Source of the DNA: a virus
Reading direction: 5' to 3' (one strand)
IMG/VR virus record: IMGVR_UViG_3300033149_005152
Span: 1-64,000 of that record
DNA: 64,000 bases
The notes under the pieces are model-generated. The model was given only the letters and a program-made list of their open reading frames with translations, searched no databases and was not told the DNA's origin. Shown here in pieces: positions 1 to 9,950 of this stretch (position 1 is its first letter; each line of letters starts with the position of its first letter). The position numbers and the translations under genes were made by a program.

Positions 1-192
1 ATTAGTATTCATATGTCCTATTAAGATCATTTTTCCCTCATCTCTTATTATTGTACCTACAGTAAAATTCTTTTCTAAAAACTGAAAATGCTCAGTTTCT
101 AGTTTACAATTACCATGCACATTTTCCAACTTCAATTCTTCAGGAAAAATAAACTTTTCAAATTTCAAATCACTTATTTCAAATAAACTCAT
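1..192 (-). CDS. Hypothetical protein, runs off the left edge (MSLFEISDLKF...)
   Basis: ATG at 190-192 with GGAGA SD upstream; frame open to position 1. Confidence 0.6.
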   Translation of the reverse strand, partial: MSLFEISDLKFEKFIFPEELKLENVHGNCKLETEHFQFLEKNFTVGTIIRDEGKMILIGHMNTN

Positions 193-621
193 GTTTTCTT
201 TCTCCAGTCCAGCAAATGTTTATTCATGTTTTATTATCCTATATTCCATATCGCTTTAATCCAAAGTTCTCTAATTTTGTTTCTGGCAAAAATAACAAGA
301 CCACATTGGTCGTGCCATTCATCATGCAATCTATCAGCCATAGTTCTCAAACTATTTCCAGTTGTATAAACATCATCTACAATCAATTCCCTATTGACTC
401 CATCCGACTTATATTTTCTCAACTGTTTAGCAAACCTCAAACCACCTTCTGGAATACCCACAACCGAATCAAAAGATGGTAACAAGTAATTCGCCGCAAT
501 ATGAGCTAATGTTTCCAAATCTTCATCTGTAAGAGCACCACAATCAATCAACCAATCAGAATATGAACCACTGTGCAATTTAAAATCACCTAACTTAAAT
601 AAACTCATGTTTTCTTTCTCC
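181..621. repeat. 25-bp perfect direct repeat AAATAAACTCATGTTTTCTTTCTCC at 181-205 and 597-621
   Basis: Read directly; each copy holds SD, ATG and first codons (MSLF) of adjacent genes. Confidence 0.95.
234..608 (-). CDS. Type I phosphoribosyltransferase (short orotate PRTase-like)
   Basis: GDFKLHSG..S...IDC N-terminus, GIPEGG, PRPP-binding motif LIVDDVYTTGNS. Confidence 0.8.
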   Translation of the reverse strand: MSLFKLGDFKLHSGSYSDWLIDCGALTDEDLETLAHIAANYLLPSFDSVVGIPEGGLRFAKQLRKYKSDGVNRELIVDDVYTTGNSLRTMADRLHDEWHDQCGLVIFARNKIRELWIKAIWNIG

Positions 622-625
622 TTCT

Positions 626-1381
626 TTAATACTTCCTATGTTTCCTTTTGTAAACATAATCTTTCAAATTTCTAAGTCTTTCAGCCCTTTCTATTAAATA
701 TTCATCTATTTCCAACCTTTTTCTAGCCGCAACACTTTTAAATATAGGATGCCTAGATAAAGAATCTACTATTATTTTAATACCATGCTGATCTTTTATC
801 TGTTTCCTAAGTTTTCTCCCCGTCAAATTATTTTCATATAACATATTATTTTGTAATTTAGTGGAAACAACTTTGTTGCCGCCAACCCACTTTCTAGAAG
901 GATTTATTATCCGTACAAACGTTCTTTTCTGTGGAGAAATTATATCCGCAACCCTTACTCTCTGAATATCATTATTTATCAAATCATCTAAAGTGGGGAT
1001 TAATTTACCACTAGGATGATTATGAAACGTCCAAGTTATTCCTTTTTTATCTTGCACTGATTTCCACATTAATTTTTTAAACTTTTTATCACCAACCCTA
1101 ACCTCACTTCTTTTTCCCTGTGAAAAAAACCTTCCAACGGATTTTTTACCTTTTCTTGGAACATTAACATACATCCCCTCATAAAACCTACTCAACACTT
1201 GAGACTCTGGACTTTTTACAAATTTTGATCTATAATCTGGAAATCTTTTTAATACTTCTTTTTCAACTATTCTATCTACTTCCCTAGGAGACATCCTCCT
1301 CAAGCGGGAAATACCTCCGGAAAAACTAGGTCGTTTTTTAATAAGTATATTATATAACTGCTTAAAAGACAATTTTCGCAT
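626..1381 (-). CDS. Very basic protein with JAB/MPN (RadC-like) motif
   Basis: TFHNHPSGKLIPTLDD resembles HNHPSG..PS..D; K/R-rich. Confidence 0.55.
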   Translation of the reverse strand: MRKLSFKQLYNILIKKRPSFSGGISRLRRMSPREVDRIVEKEVLKRFPDYRSKFVKSPESQVLSRFYEGMYVNVPRKGKKSVGRFFSQGKRSEVRVGDKKFKKLMWKSVQDKKGITWTFHNHPSGKLIPTLDDLINNDIQRVRVADIISPQKRTFVRIINPSRKWVGGNKVVSTKLQNNMLYENNLTGRKLRKQIKDQHGIKIIVDSLSRHPIFKSVAARKRLEIDEYLIERAERLRNLKDYVYKRKHRKY

Positions 1382-1408
1382 TAATTAACAACTCACCCAC
1401 TTTTCTAG

Positions 1409-1507
1409 TTATAATTTCATCCTTGCTCTTCGTAAAGCTCTACGTATTTTAGAACCTTTTTTTCTCCTACCAGCTTTTTTAGACCTAGGGCCAACCCATT
1501 TGCTCAT
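1409..1507 (-). CDS. Small basic protein, 32 aa (MSKWVGPRSKKAGRRKKGSKIRRALRRARMKL)
   Basis: Manual translation; GGAG SD upstream; fills the gap between genes. Confidence 0.6.
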   Translation of the reverse strand: MSKWVGPRSKKAGRRKKGSKIRRALRRARMKL

Positions 1508-1510
1508 ATT

Positions 1511-1858
1511 TTAACTCCACATATATCCAATTAAAGGTATTGCAATTTGGAATAAAGAATAATCATCATTTATTTCAGAAATAGCTTTCCACACAGGAGC
1601 ATAACTTCCCATTCCATCATCTTCTTTTGCTAATTTAGCTAAAAATCTTCTTAGATCATCTGCTATTTTTTTAGCATATCGTTGATTTTTTTCATTCTCC
1701 GCTTCCCTAAAACCATACATCTTTCTCCACACATCCGTTAAAAATTCTTGAATTGGAAGAGCATTATCTTCTATTATTTTATCTGATATATCTATATTCC
1801 AACAATCTATCAATTCAACAAAATCATAACCATCAAATTTATATTCTTTATTTTCCAT
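1511..1858 (-). CDS. Hypothetical protein
   Basis: ORF with AGGAGG SD. Confidence 0.7.
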   Translation of the reverse strand: MENKEYKFDGYDFVELIDCWNIDISDKIIEDNALPIQEFLTDVWRKMYGFREAENEKNQRYAKKIADDLRRFLAKLAKEDDGMGSYAPVWKAISEINDDYSLFQIAIPLIGYMWS

Positions 1859-2059
1859 ATTTTCCTCCTTTTTCTATTCATCAGATAATAAAGAATTAAA
1901 ATAATCACAACGGTTACTTATTATTTTTTTTCTCCTTATCACATTCCGGTTGTTTCTGGTGATAAATATCTGTTACAATATGCACAGGATTAGAAGGCCA
2001 TTCTTTTTCACACTTTTCTATAACCTCATCAACATCATCAAAAAAATTACTATCATGCT

Positions 2060-2323
2060 TCATTCATAATCACCCTTACATAAAGATATATTTTCTTCCA
2101 ATCCGTACATATTTCCTCCTTTTTCTCTTGAGCTATCCGCATATAAAGCATCTATGATAAGCACATATTTGCCTTCCATATTAATTATTTTAATAGAATT
2201 TACTTCTGGAAAAATTGGATGATTTATGCAAACTGCTACAGTTTCTTCCCCCAAATCCTCCTTAAAAAAAGAATTTATTTTTGTAATCAATTGAGTAAAT
2301 TCATTCAAATTCATATTTATCAC
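2060..2323 (-). CDS. Hypothetical protein
   Basis: ORF in a tightly packed operon. Confidence 0.6.
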   Translation of the reverse strand: MINMNLNEFTQLITKINSFFKEDLGEETVAVCINHPIFPEVNSIKIINMEGKYVLIIDALYADSSREKGGNMYGLEENISLCKGDYE

Positions 2324-2331
2324 CTAACTTT

Positions 2332-2574
2332 TTAATCTGTTGGATGAAATGGTAATTTTTCATATACCGCAACAAAAATATCATCAGGACAAATAAAATA
2401 ACCATCGGGATCAACACGAACAATATATTGATTACGCTTAAAATCACGTATTTCTCCCTGCATATTAATTGTACAATCAAAAGGAACTTTCACAGCTTGT
2501 ATTACCGGATGTTTTCTTCTATATTCTGTCCAATTTATCATATCTAAATTTATTTCATTCATTTTATTCTCCAA
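2332..2574 (-). CDS. Conserved phage protein (YRKKP..AV...CxPDIF..YE type)
   Basis: EYRRKHPVIQAV ... YFICPDDIFVAVYE pattern. Confidence 0.55.
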   Translation of the reverse strand: MENKMNEINLDMINWTEYRRKHPVIQAVKVPFDCTINMQGEIRDFKRNQYIVRVDPDGYFICPDDIFVAVYEKLPFHPTD

Positions 2575-3208
2575 ATATTACAGGTAATTTTTTAACAAAT
2601 TCCTCTCTTAAAGGTACCATTATCTCTCTCATTTGAGGATGTGCCTTTTCAGAACACCTTAAATCAAAAATATGCTTCCATTCCCTTAAATTTGCAGTCA
2701 TAACTATTTCTGTTTTTAAACTATTAGGCAATACTGAACGTGCTTGTTGGGGAGACCAACCATTACTTATCATATTTTGATAAGCACATTCACAATTAAG
2801 CATATGACAAAACCACTGATACTCAGGACTATGATCTTCATCATAATGATTATAAAAAAAATGGTATTCGCCAGGCTCGGTTTTCATCCAAGGTGGTATA
2901 ATAAATGTTACACCACCACTATAATTGCAAAAACGTGTACTCTCCTGAGAGTAAGAAGCTAATCTATGTCTCACCAACTCATGAGTTACACCACGATCAC
3001 AAATAATCTTTACGGTTACATTACAATGTTCTATCACGCTCAAATGGCCTTTTTTAATTATCCCTTTTATAAATTTTTCTGCCGATTCTTCCGTTATTTT
3101 ATTTTCACTTTTATAACAAACTCTCCCCGCTCTTTCTATTCTCTCGAGCATTAATTTAAATTCTTCATCTGTTGTCCAAATCTCAAAAGAAGGTTTTATT
3201 AATCTCAT
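2564..3208 (-). CDS. thyX: FAD-dependent thymidylate synthase
   Basis: GHLSVIEH, RHRLASYSQESTR (RHRx7S), ARSVLP, NLREW, AHPQMR. Confidence 0.95.
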   Translation of the reverse strand: MRLIKPSFEIWTTDEEFKLMLERIERAGRVCYKSENKITEESAEKFIKGIIKKGHLSVIEHCNVTVKIICDRGVTHELVRHRLASYSQESTRFCNYSGGVTFIIPPWMKTEPGEYHFFYNHYDEDHSPEYQWFCHMLNCECAYQNMISNGWSPQQARSVLPNSLKTEIVMTANLREWKHIFDLRCSEKAHPQMREIMVPLREEFVKKLPVIFGE

Positions 3209-3219
3209 ATTTTTATCCC

Positions 3220-3660
3220 TTAAAATTCTATTTGTCTTAAAAGTTCACCATTATTATTCTTTTTTAGTTTTTCTATTATATCTACTTTTTCTTCTACAGG
3301 CGGTTCTGACCCTGCAACACCTTCATCATGTGTAACCCAACCAAAAAAATGATCAGGAGAAAGGATAGTACTAGGAACGGTAGCAGTAATAATAGGAAGT
3401 TCATTATTAGAAGCATCTATTGGTCTCGTATCAAAAGGAATAACATTTCTAGACGGAACTTCCTCTTTCTCTATAAGTGCTTTTTTACGTCTTTTTTTGG
3501 TTATAGTTCTTTCGATCTTATTTTTTGCAATATAACGCTTAAACATCCTTCGGTTTGCCTCTTTAATTCTTTCATTCCTTCTTCTCGTTTTCCACAACCG
3601 TAATTTATTTAATAAATTATTCGTAAATTTATTTATCCATTTTACGACCTGTACCATCAT
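3220..3660 (-). CDS. Hypothetical basic protein
   Basis: ORF, coupled to neighbours. Confidence 0.6.
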   Translation of the reverse strand: MMVQVVKWINKFTNNLLNKLRLWKTRRRNERIKEANRRMFKRYIAKNKIERTITKKRRKKALIEKEEVPSRNVIPFDTRPIDASNNELPIITATVPSTILSPDHFFGWVTHDEGVAGSEPPVEEKVDIIEKLKKNNNGELLRQIEF

Positions 3661-3853
3661 GATACCTTTCCCATATTTTAATCCATTTATTTAAAAGCAT
3701 TGAATTGACTATCACCTTCAACTTAAGCCCCTCAAACTCATGAATTAAAATATACAAATCTTTCTTTATCTTATTTACCTTATTAATTTCCTTTTGTACT
3801 TTTAATATTATAGCTATTCCTATACAAATTCCAGCAAAAATAAACAAATACAC
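3629..3853 (-). CDS. Small membrane protein
   Basis: N-terminal hydrophobic helix. Confidence 0.55.
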   Translation of the reverse strand: MYLFIFAGICIGIAIILKVQKEINKVNKIKKDLYILIHEFEGLKLKVIVNSMLLNKWIKIWERYHDGTGRKMDK

Positions 3854-3877
3854 CCCAAATCAACCATCCCCTTTTAA

Positions 3878-4534
3878 TCAATTTTTCACTTTTATTATTA
3901 TTTCTTTAACTTTGGCTCTTTCTAATTCTTTTTCAAACTCGCATTTAGCACGTTCTTCATATTTTTTAACCATTTTGGGAAGAAATTTCTTCTGAATTTC
4001 TTCAACTGATCGAGGGACAAATTTTTTAGTAACTCTTCCTGGCTTCTTTCTCTCTGCTATTTCTTTTTCAGATAAAGGCTTATTTGCTTCAAATTCATCA
4101 GGCCATACGTACGAATCTGGTAAAATATTCTTTCCCCCCGATATATCCTCTACTTGCTCTTCTACCGATAAATCCAACCATCTTTTAGGAAGAGCCTTAG
4201 CTTTATATGCCTTTTTATAATCATAACGGGTATCAGAATCTTCTTCAATCTCACATGTTTTTAACCATTCATCATACTGCATACCATGCTCATGCACAGC
4301 AAGGGCACCAGGAGCAATCACTGTAATGTTATACTCACCATCTTTCTCCTTTTTTACCTCAATAACTTCATGTAAAAAAGGAGGAGCTTTTTCATTTATT
4401 TCCTTACTTATCTCTAACGTTATAATTTTTGCCAAGTTATTTGCGTCCTTCTTTAATTTCTTAGGTAAATCTTTTTCAAAAAATTTACCCAATTTTTCTA
4501 ATTTATCTATTCCAGGACTTGATTTAATAGGCAT
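3878..4534 (-). CDS. Possible HK97 gp10-like neck/tail-completion protein
   Basis: N-terminal GIDKL..L helix, then APGALAVHEHG motif; weak resemblance only. Confidence 0.35.
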   Translation of the reverse strand: MPIKSSPGIDKLEKLGKFFEKDLPKKLKKDANNLAKIITLEISKEINEKAPPFLHEVIEVKKEKDGEYNITVIAPGALAVHEHGMQYDEWLKTCEIEEDSDTRYDYKKAYKAKALPKRWLDLSVEEQVEDISGGKNILPDSYVWPDEFEANKPLSEKEIAERKKPGRVTKKFVPRSVEEIQKKFLPKMVKKYEERAKCEFEKELERAKVKEIIIKVKN

Positions 4535-4581
4535 TATACATCATCACTTCCTACTGAAAAACAATTAGTTGTATTTTCATT

Positions 4582-5475
4582 TTATACTCCAAATTTGTCT
4601 AAATCCACCCAATTCATATTTATTAAAGACCAAAAATCCCTGGCTAAGCCCTTTAATAAATATTTATAGGGTAACATTCCATAACCGTTATTCCCCCAAT
4701 GTTTGCCCCAAGAATTTCTAATCAAAAAAGCACCAGTTGTTGCCACTTGATTCCTCTCATTTAAAATTATATAATTGTCATCGTAACCAGCTATCATTAC
4801 AGCGTGACCCCATTGTGCCTTCTCGTCATTACAGGGATAGGGAATATCTCCCTCAAATCCTCCCTCATTAAACGAATCAAATCCATAAAAACCACATACA
4901 GCAGGAACACCATATGATAACCATATTTTTACTCTTTGCAAAACATCTTCCCTGTTAATATCAGGAAAATCATGTCTAAAATAACAAATTGATTCGTAAT
5001 TATCAGCTACAGCATATACAAAAGCAGGAGGTTCCTCATCAATATAATTTGCATGTTCATAATAATCCCAATATTTATTTGGAGGTGCGCCGCATAATGC
5101 AATAGCTCCCATCGTAGACCTTAAATAAGCTCCCGTATCACCCGTTACTTTCATTAAATTTCTTGTCGTTTTATATATAAATAATTTAGAAGTTTGCAAA
5201 CATTTTCCAAACATCCTATTTTGAAAATACTCAATCATACCACCTACAGCATGTGCAGTACAAGAACCAATACTTCCCTGGTTTTCTATTGGGGAACAAT
5301 ATTTTGTTAAATCTACCTTAGAAAGTAATTCGGCAGGTTTTTCCTCATTAATTTTATGACTAATTGTGATTGATCGTAATTTATCATTATATTCATGATA
5401 ATCTCTTAAATCAGGCAAATCTGGAATCCAGCCATTCAAAATCATTCTCTCAGTTTCAACATTAATTCTACTCAT
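4582..5475 (-). CDS. Papain-family (C1A) cysteine peptidase
   Basis: GWIPDLPDLRD N-terminus, NQGSIGSCTAHA (Q, C), GHAVMIAGYDD (H), IRNSWG (N). Confidence 0.93.
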   Translation of the reverse strand: MSRINVETERMILNGWIPDLPDLRDYHEYNDKLRSITISHKINEEKPAELLSKVDLTKYCSPIENQGSIGSCTAHAVGGMIEYFQNRMFGKCLQTSKLFIYKTTRNLMKVTGDTGAYLRSTMGAIALCGAPPNKYWDYYEHANYIDEEPPAFVYAVADNYESICYFRHDFPDINREDVLQRVKIWLSYGVPAVCGFYGFDSFNEGGFEGDIPYPCNDEKAQWGHAVMIAGYDDNYIILNERNQVATTGAFLIRNSWGKHWGNNGYGMLPYKYLLKGLARDFWSLINMNWVDLDKFGV

Positions 5476-5848
5476 TTTTATCCTCCTTAAATTCTAAAAG
5501 GAAAACTTTATTTTCTAAAAATCTTACAACTTCGTGAATCGCTTCTCTGCACTCACTTTCAGTAATATATCGAGAATTTGCTAAAGCATCCAACCTGCCT
5601 AAAAACACATGAGCTACTTCATGAAAAGCTGAACGGCTAAGATTTTTTAAATTGGGTTCTATCGGCCATTTTTTACCAAGGGTAATAGACGCTGTAGCTC
5701 CACTCAAATTAAGAGTAAACATAGCAAGAGCTTCTCCTACATTATCATGAAAATAGTATACTCTCCACCTTCCAAGATCAAAAAATTGCAACCATTTATC
5801 AGCTTCTTTTTGAAATATTTCAAAATGACCGTCATTTACAACATACAT
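5468..5848 (-). CDS. Small zincin-like metallopeptidase
   Basis: AFHEVAH (HExxH) plus downstream E. Confidence 0.6.
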   Translation of the reverse strand: MYVVNDGHFEIFQKEADKWLQFFDLGRWRVYYFHDNVGEALAMFTLNLSGATASITLGKKWPIEPNLKNLSRSAFHEVAHVFLGRLDALANSRYITESECREAIHEVVRFLENKVFLLEFKEDKNE

Positions 5849-5864
5849 TTTTAATACCTTTTCC

Positions 5865-6830
5865 CTATTTTTTCTTTTTCTTGTTTTTCTTTTTAATTTT
5901 AGAATTTTTACGTAAGCCTAATTTACCGCCCATCATGGCTCCTTCTCCTTCTTCATCTTTAAGAGCGTGGAAACCTTTTCCTCTACCTCTACCATCCCGT
6001 GGGCCTCTTGCATCCCTGGGTGGGCCAGTTTTGTTTCGTCTCGGCATAGTATTACCTCCATTCACATATATTCTTTTTTTTGCTATATCATAATATTCCT
6101 TCGATATTTCACTTCCTATATATTTTCTATTAAGCAAAATCGCCGCTTCAACAGTCGTTCCGCTTCCCATCATTGGATCATATACAACATCTCCTTTATT
6201 AGACCAACTAATGATATGATCTTTAGCTAACTGAATAGGAAAAACAGCAGGATGTTTATAAACAAATTTCTTCTCGTGTCCAACTTTACATAACCATATA
6301 TTATATCTTTGACCATAGGGAACTATAATTTTTTTAGAACTTTCTTTCATACTCCCGTCTTTTTGTCTTGTAACGTTTTTCCCCCATGAACCAATATGCC
6401 CCTCATAAACGTTTTTCCTGTCTTTAATGGGATTAAAAGTATTAGGTTTTCCTTTAGAAAATACAAACATATATTCAAATATTTGATGATACCTATTAGA
6501 AGAAGGTTTTGAAAAATTATTTTTCTGATATATCATTGTATCATGTAGATTAAAACCGATTTTCTTAAAATAAAGTGCTTGTTTAAAACTTGTTCCTGTT
6601 TCACTTCTATTTATTACAGCATCTCCAACAATCCAAACAACAACACCACCCTGCTTAGTAACTCTAAATAACTCTTTTGCTATTTTCTCAAAATCAAAAA
6701 AAGAATGACATCCCCCATAAGTTCTTAAATCATCATAAGGAGGAGAAGTAACTACCAAATCAACAAAATTATCAGACATTCTTGACATCGTTATCAAACA
6801 ATCTTCATTATAAATTTTGTTTATTTCCAC
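5865..6830 (-). CDS. N4/N6 DNA methyltransferase (beta class) in frame with a C-terminal small basic ORF
   Basis: TSPPY motif IV, HPAVFP, DPMMGSGTT motif I; internal GGAGGT SD and ATG at 6047. Confidence 0.9.
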   Translation of the reverse strand: MEINKIYNEDCLITMSRMSDNFVDLVVTSPPYDDLRTYGGCHSFFDFEKIAKELFRVTKQGGVVVWIVGDAVINRSETGTSFKQALYFKKIGFNLHDTMIYQKNNFSKPSSNRYHQIFEYMFVFSKGKPNTFNPIKDRKNVYEGHIGSWGKNVTRQKDGSMKESSKKIIVPYGQRYNIWLCKVGHEKKFVYKHPAVFPIQLAKDHIISWSNKGDVVYDPMMGSGTTVEAAILLNRKYIGSEISKEYYDIAKKRIYVNGGNTMPRRNKTGPPRDARGPRDGRGRGKGFHALKDEEGEGAMMGGKLGLRKNSKIKKKNKKKKK

Positions 6831-6835
6831 TTTAT

Positions 6836-7255
6836 TTAAGCTCCAAATTCATAAAAAACAAACAATTTCCCTTTTTTTATTCCAAATTCCTTCGCATCCT
6901 TAAGATCAGCAAACCAAATATCTACCCAATTCTTTTTTCTTTTATGCATAGTATCTTCTACAATATAAAAACCACTCCGATATTTATTTTTTCCAACAAT
7001 ATCCAAATATACTTTTGTTCCGTAAGGAGCAATTTTTAAAATATCCCTGGAAACAGCTATGTAACCATTTTGAACTCTTTTATTAGATGCAGTTATAAAT
7101 GGCGTATTATCTGTTTCGCATTCTCTAGAAGTATATGCAGTTACAATTACTTTACCAACTGAATATTGATAAACAACACCATAATTTGTTGCTGTAGTTA
7201 CTGGAGAAAATAAGACGAAAAATAAAATTAAAATGTATAAAATTAGTTTCCCCAT
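6836..7255 (-). CDS. 3D-domain (MltA-like) cell-wall protein with signal anchor
   Basis: VTAY..ETDNTPFITAS, IAVSRD, VEDTM, VDIWF. Confidence 0.85.
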   Translation of the reverse strand: MGKLILYILILFFVLFSPVTTATNYGVVYQYSVGKVIVTAYTSRECETDNTPFITASNKRVQNGYIAVSRDILKIAPYGTKVYLDIVGKNKYRSGFYIVEDTMHKRKKNWVDIWFADLKDAKEFGIKKGKLFVFYEFGA

Positions 7256-7267
7256 TTCATCAATCCT

Positions 7268-7666
7268 TTATTCTTCATCATAATCAAAATATTTTTCCCT
7301 TAAAATTACTTTATCATCCTTTTTAACATAAAAAGAATAACCTTCCTCTCTTAAACGCTCTATTTCTGCATCCAAACAACGAGAACATATATTTTCCTCA
7401 ACAATTCTATATATTCTAGTTTCAATATCGTAATCCTCCCCTTTTATTTCAAATTCAGCTTCTTCCCATTTACATATATCGCACAACTGTTTTTTCACTT
7501 TATTTACTCCTCTACGAGCATCATCCATTATTCTTTCAACAACTTTATTTATTTTAGGAGTTGGAACTGGCCCTATTGGATTTTTTAATCCTTCTTCCAC
7601 CTTTTTAAGAAATTCTTTAGATTCCTTGATGTTTAGTCGTGGTGTGGGAGTTATTGGTAATGCCAT
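7268..7666 (-). CDS. Hypothetical protein, probably two in-frame ORFs (C-terminal CxxC...CxxC part from GTG 7498)
   Basis: Internal GAGGAG SD before GTG; CDIC and CSRC. Confidence 0.55.
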   Translation of the reverse strand: MALPITPTPRLNIKESKEFLKKVEEGLKNPIGPVPTPKINKVVERIMDDARRGVNKVKKQLCDICKWEEAEFEIKGEDYDIETRIYRIVEENICSRCLDAEIERLREEGYSFYVKKDDKVILREKYFDYDEE

Positions 7667-7677
7667 TTTTTATCCTC

Positions 7678-8010
7678 CTAATCAAATTCTATAGCTCTTA
7701 ATAATTTTTTTGACTTTTCCATTTTGGAAGAGTTAATACCCGCTGATCTATCATCTATTAAATAAGCAACCTCTGTATATTGTGTACTATCTATATCCGA
7801 AGCATAATTTAACCTAATGCTAAGCATATCCCCATCCCTTAGAACAATATTACGACCAAGCTCACACGCATGTCCTCCACTGGTTAAGATAACAGTATAT
7901 AATTCAGGAGCGACTTTCTCAAAAGTTAGGACTTTGTGCACATTACTCATTCTCTTTTCCTCAGATTCTATAAGTTCTCTTAACTCATCTTCAGTCATTA
8001 AATCCTCCAC
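7678..8010 (-). CDS. Hypothetical protein
   Basis: ORF. Confidence 0.6.
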   Translation of the reverse strand: MEDLMTEDELRELIESEEKRMSNVHKVLTFEKVAPELYTVILTSGGHACELGRNIVLRDGDMLSIRLNYASDIDSTQYTEVAYLIDDRSAGINSSKMEKSKKLLRAIEFD

Positions 8011-8542
8011 CAGATTTCCTTTATTTTATTTTCTCATTTACCTCATATTATGCTAAACATGATCCAAAAGCCCATAACCAAAAACACGTATAAACAAATA
8101 ATACAACAATTACAATAACAGCCACCATAATAAAAATAATTACTGTATCCCTTAAAGTTATCATTATCCTAATATATATCCCCCATTATTTATTCCCTTT
8201 CTTCTTTCCTCAAAATTTTACCTAATTCAAATGAACCATGTTGTAAACTAGACATCTCATCTTCTAATATAATAATTCTTTTCATAAGTTCATTTACCAC
8301 TATATATAATACCCCCAATAAAAACAACACTCCCAGTAAAACCAATGTAATTATTATCTGCATCTCAATTTTCCCCTATTCTAAAACAATAATAATCTTT
8401 CCAACATAATCATCACGTTCAATAAAACCAACAATTCCATGATATTCTACATCGTTATTCGTATAGTGATCATAATAATCAATCCATCCTATTTCAAACT
8501 CTGGATCATATTCTTTTAATTTTTCAATAGCCTCTTTAACCT

Positions 8543-8794
8543 TCATTTCTTTTTTCCTTTTGATTTTTTATATCCTTCAGCTAATTTTTCTTTAAATGAC
8601 TCACTCATAAAAGAATTAGCTAAGAAAAACTCGAAAAATTTAACACCATTTTCAAAGAAAACCAAGGGACTACAAGTATTATTATCAGCATCCCAAAACA
8701 TGCATTCCTCACCATGACAAAATTGTGGTTCTCCATATGATCTGTGCATAAAGGGACAAGTAGTTACAGCAGGACTTTTCTTTTTTTTACTCAT
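8543..8794 (-). CDS. Cys-rich small protein (CP..C...EC..W..C)
   Basis: TCPF...FCHGEECMFW...TC. Confidence 0.6.
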   Translation of the reverse strand: MSKKKKSPAVTTCPFMHRSYGEPQFCHGEECMFWDADNNTCSPLVFFENGVKFFEFFLANSFMSESFKEKLAEGYKKSKGKKK

Positions 8795-9026
8795 TTTTGT
8801 TTTCTCCTATCATGTTATATTCTGATAATACAGTATACATATCATTATTTTCTCTTTTCATAATTTTTACCAGATTTTTATCAACAACCAAATAATAATC
8901 CCAATCGAACCTTTTTAACATAATTGCTGGAAGTCTATTAAAATCCTCAATAGATTCTACATAATATATTGCATCTTCAAACTTCACAAACATACTTTCC
9001 ACATCTTTTAATTCCACAAACTTCAT
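8787..9026 (-). CDS. Hypothetical protein
   Basis: ORF with AGGAG SD. Confidence 0.6.
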   Translation of the reverse strand: MKFVELKDVESMFVKFEDAIYYVESIEDFNRLPAIMLKRFDWDYYLVVDKNLVKIMKRENNDMYTVLSEYNMIGENKNE

Positions 9027-9306
9027 TTTTGCTTTCTCCTATTTTTTTCTGCTTTTTTATTTATACATTTAGGACATAAATATTTAATTGGAAAATGAAC
9101 TGAATCCAAAATATGTGTATTTTCATTTACTTTAAAAGTTAAAGTCTTGTATTCATTACACTTATCACATATTCTTCTTACTTTTACCATTTTTTAATCA
9201 TCCAAAAAGTTATAATCCCCATAATAAATCCTATAGTATAAACAATCAACAAATCAATAGACATTTTTATTCTCCTATTATCAATAATAATCTTTAATTC
9301 GTTATC

Positions 9307-9489
9307 TCAATGTTTGTTTTTGTTTTCATCTTCTTTATTTCTGTTATAAAATTCTAAAATTGAAGCTCTACATTCAAGCACAATTCCATAATCTCGATCT
9401 ATTCGTAAATTAAAAAAATCTAAATCATAATCCCCATAAGTTTGAATAGTATTTTCTATAATCTCCCTTAACTCGGATGCTTTAGGCAT
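9307..9489 (-). CDS. Hypothetical protein
   Basis: ORF. Confidence 0.5.
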   Translation of the reverse strand: MPKASELREIIENTIQTYGDYDLDFFNLRIDRDYGIVLECRASILEFYNRNKEDENKNKH

Positions 9490-9521
9490 TAGATTTTACC
9501 TTTCTCTTTTCATTATTTTTC

Positions 9522-9950
9522 TTATATAAAAGGATCAACAAATCTTTTTATACCATCACGATAAGATATTGGTCTCATTTTTACATACGCATTTTTATTT
9601 ATTGCATCTTGCTCTGACAATATTCTTGGTCCACCACCCGAAGCCCCAATACAATACTTATCATCAATACACATTTCAACATGTACTGCTTTCTGACCAT
9701 TAAACCAAAAAACTAAAACACCTGCTTTCGGTACTTCTATTTCTTTCCCGCAAAATTTATTCCAAAATAAATCGTTTGCTGTCCAATCTCCAACATGGGG
9801 AAGAATACCAACCGATTTTAATACTTCGATTACAAGTCCGGAACAATCAAATCCTTTTACTGGATCATCACCCCCCCAAATATATGGGAGACCTAAAAAC
9901 TTCCAAAGTAATTCCATAGCTAATTCCTTCTGCATTAACTTATCTCCCAT
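9522..9950 (-). CDS. NlpC/P60 cell-wall endopeptidase (candidate endolysin)
   Basis: PYIWGG..GFDCSGLV and HVEM catalytic His. Confidence 0.9.
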   Translation of the reverse strand: MGDKLMQKELAMELLWKFLGLPYIWGGDDPVKGFDCSGLVIEVLKSVGILPHVGDWTANDLFWNKFCGKEIEVPKAGVLVFWFNGQKAVHVEMCIDDKYCIGASGGGPRILSEQDAINKNAYVKMRPISYRDGIKRFVDPFI

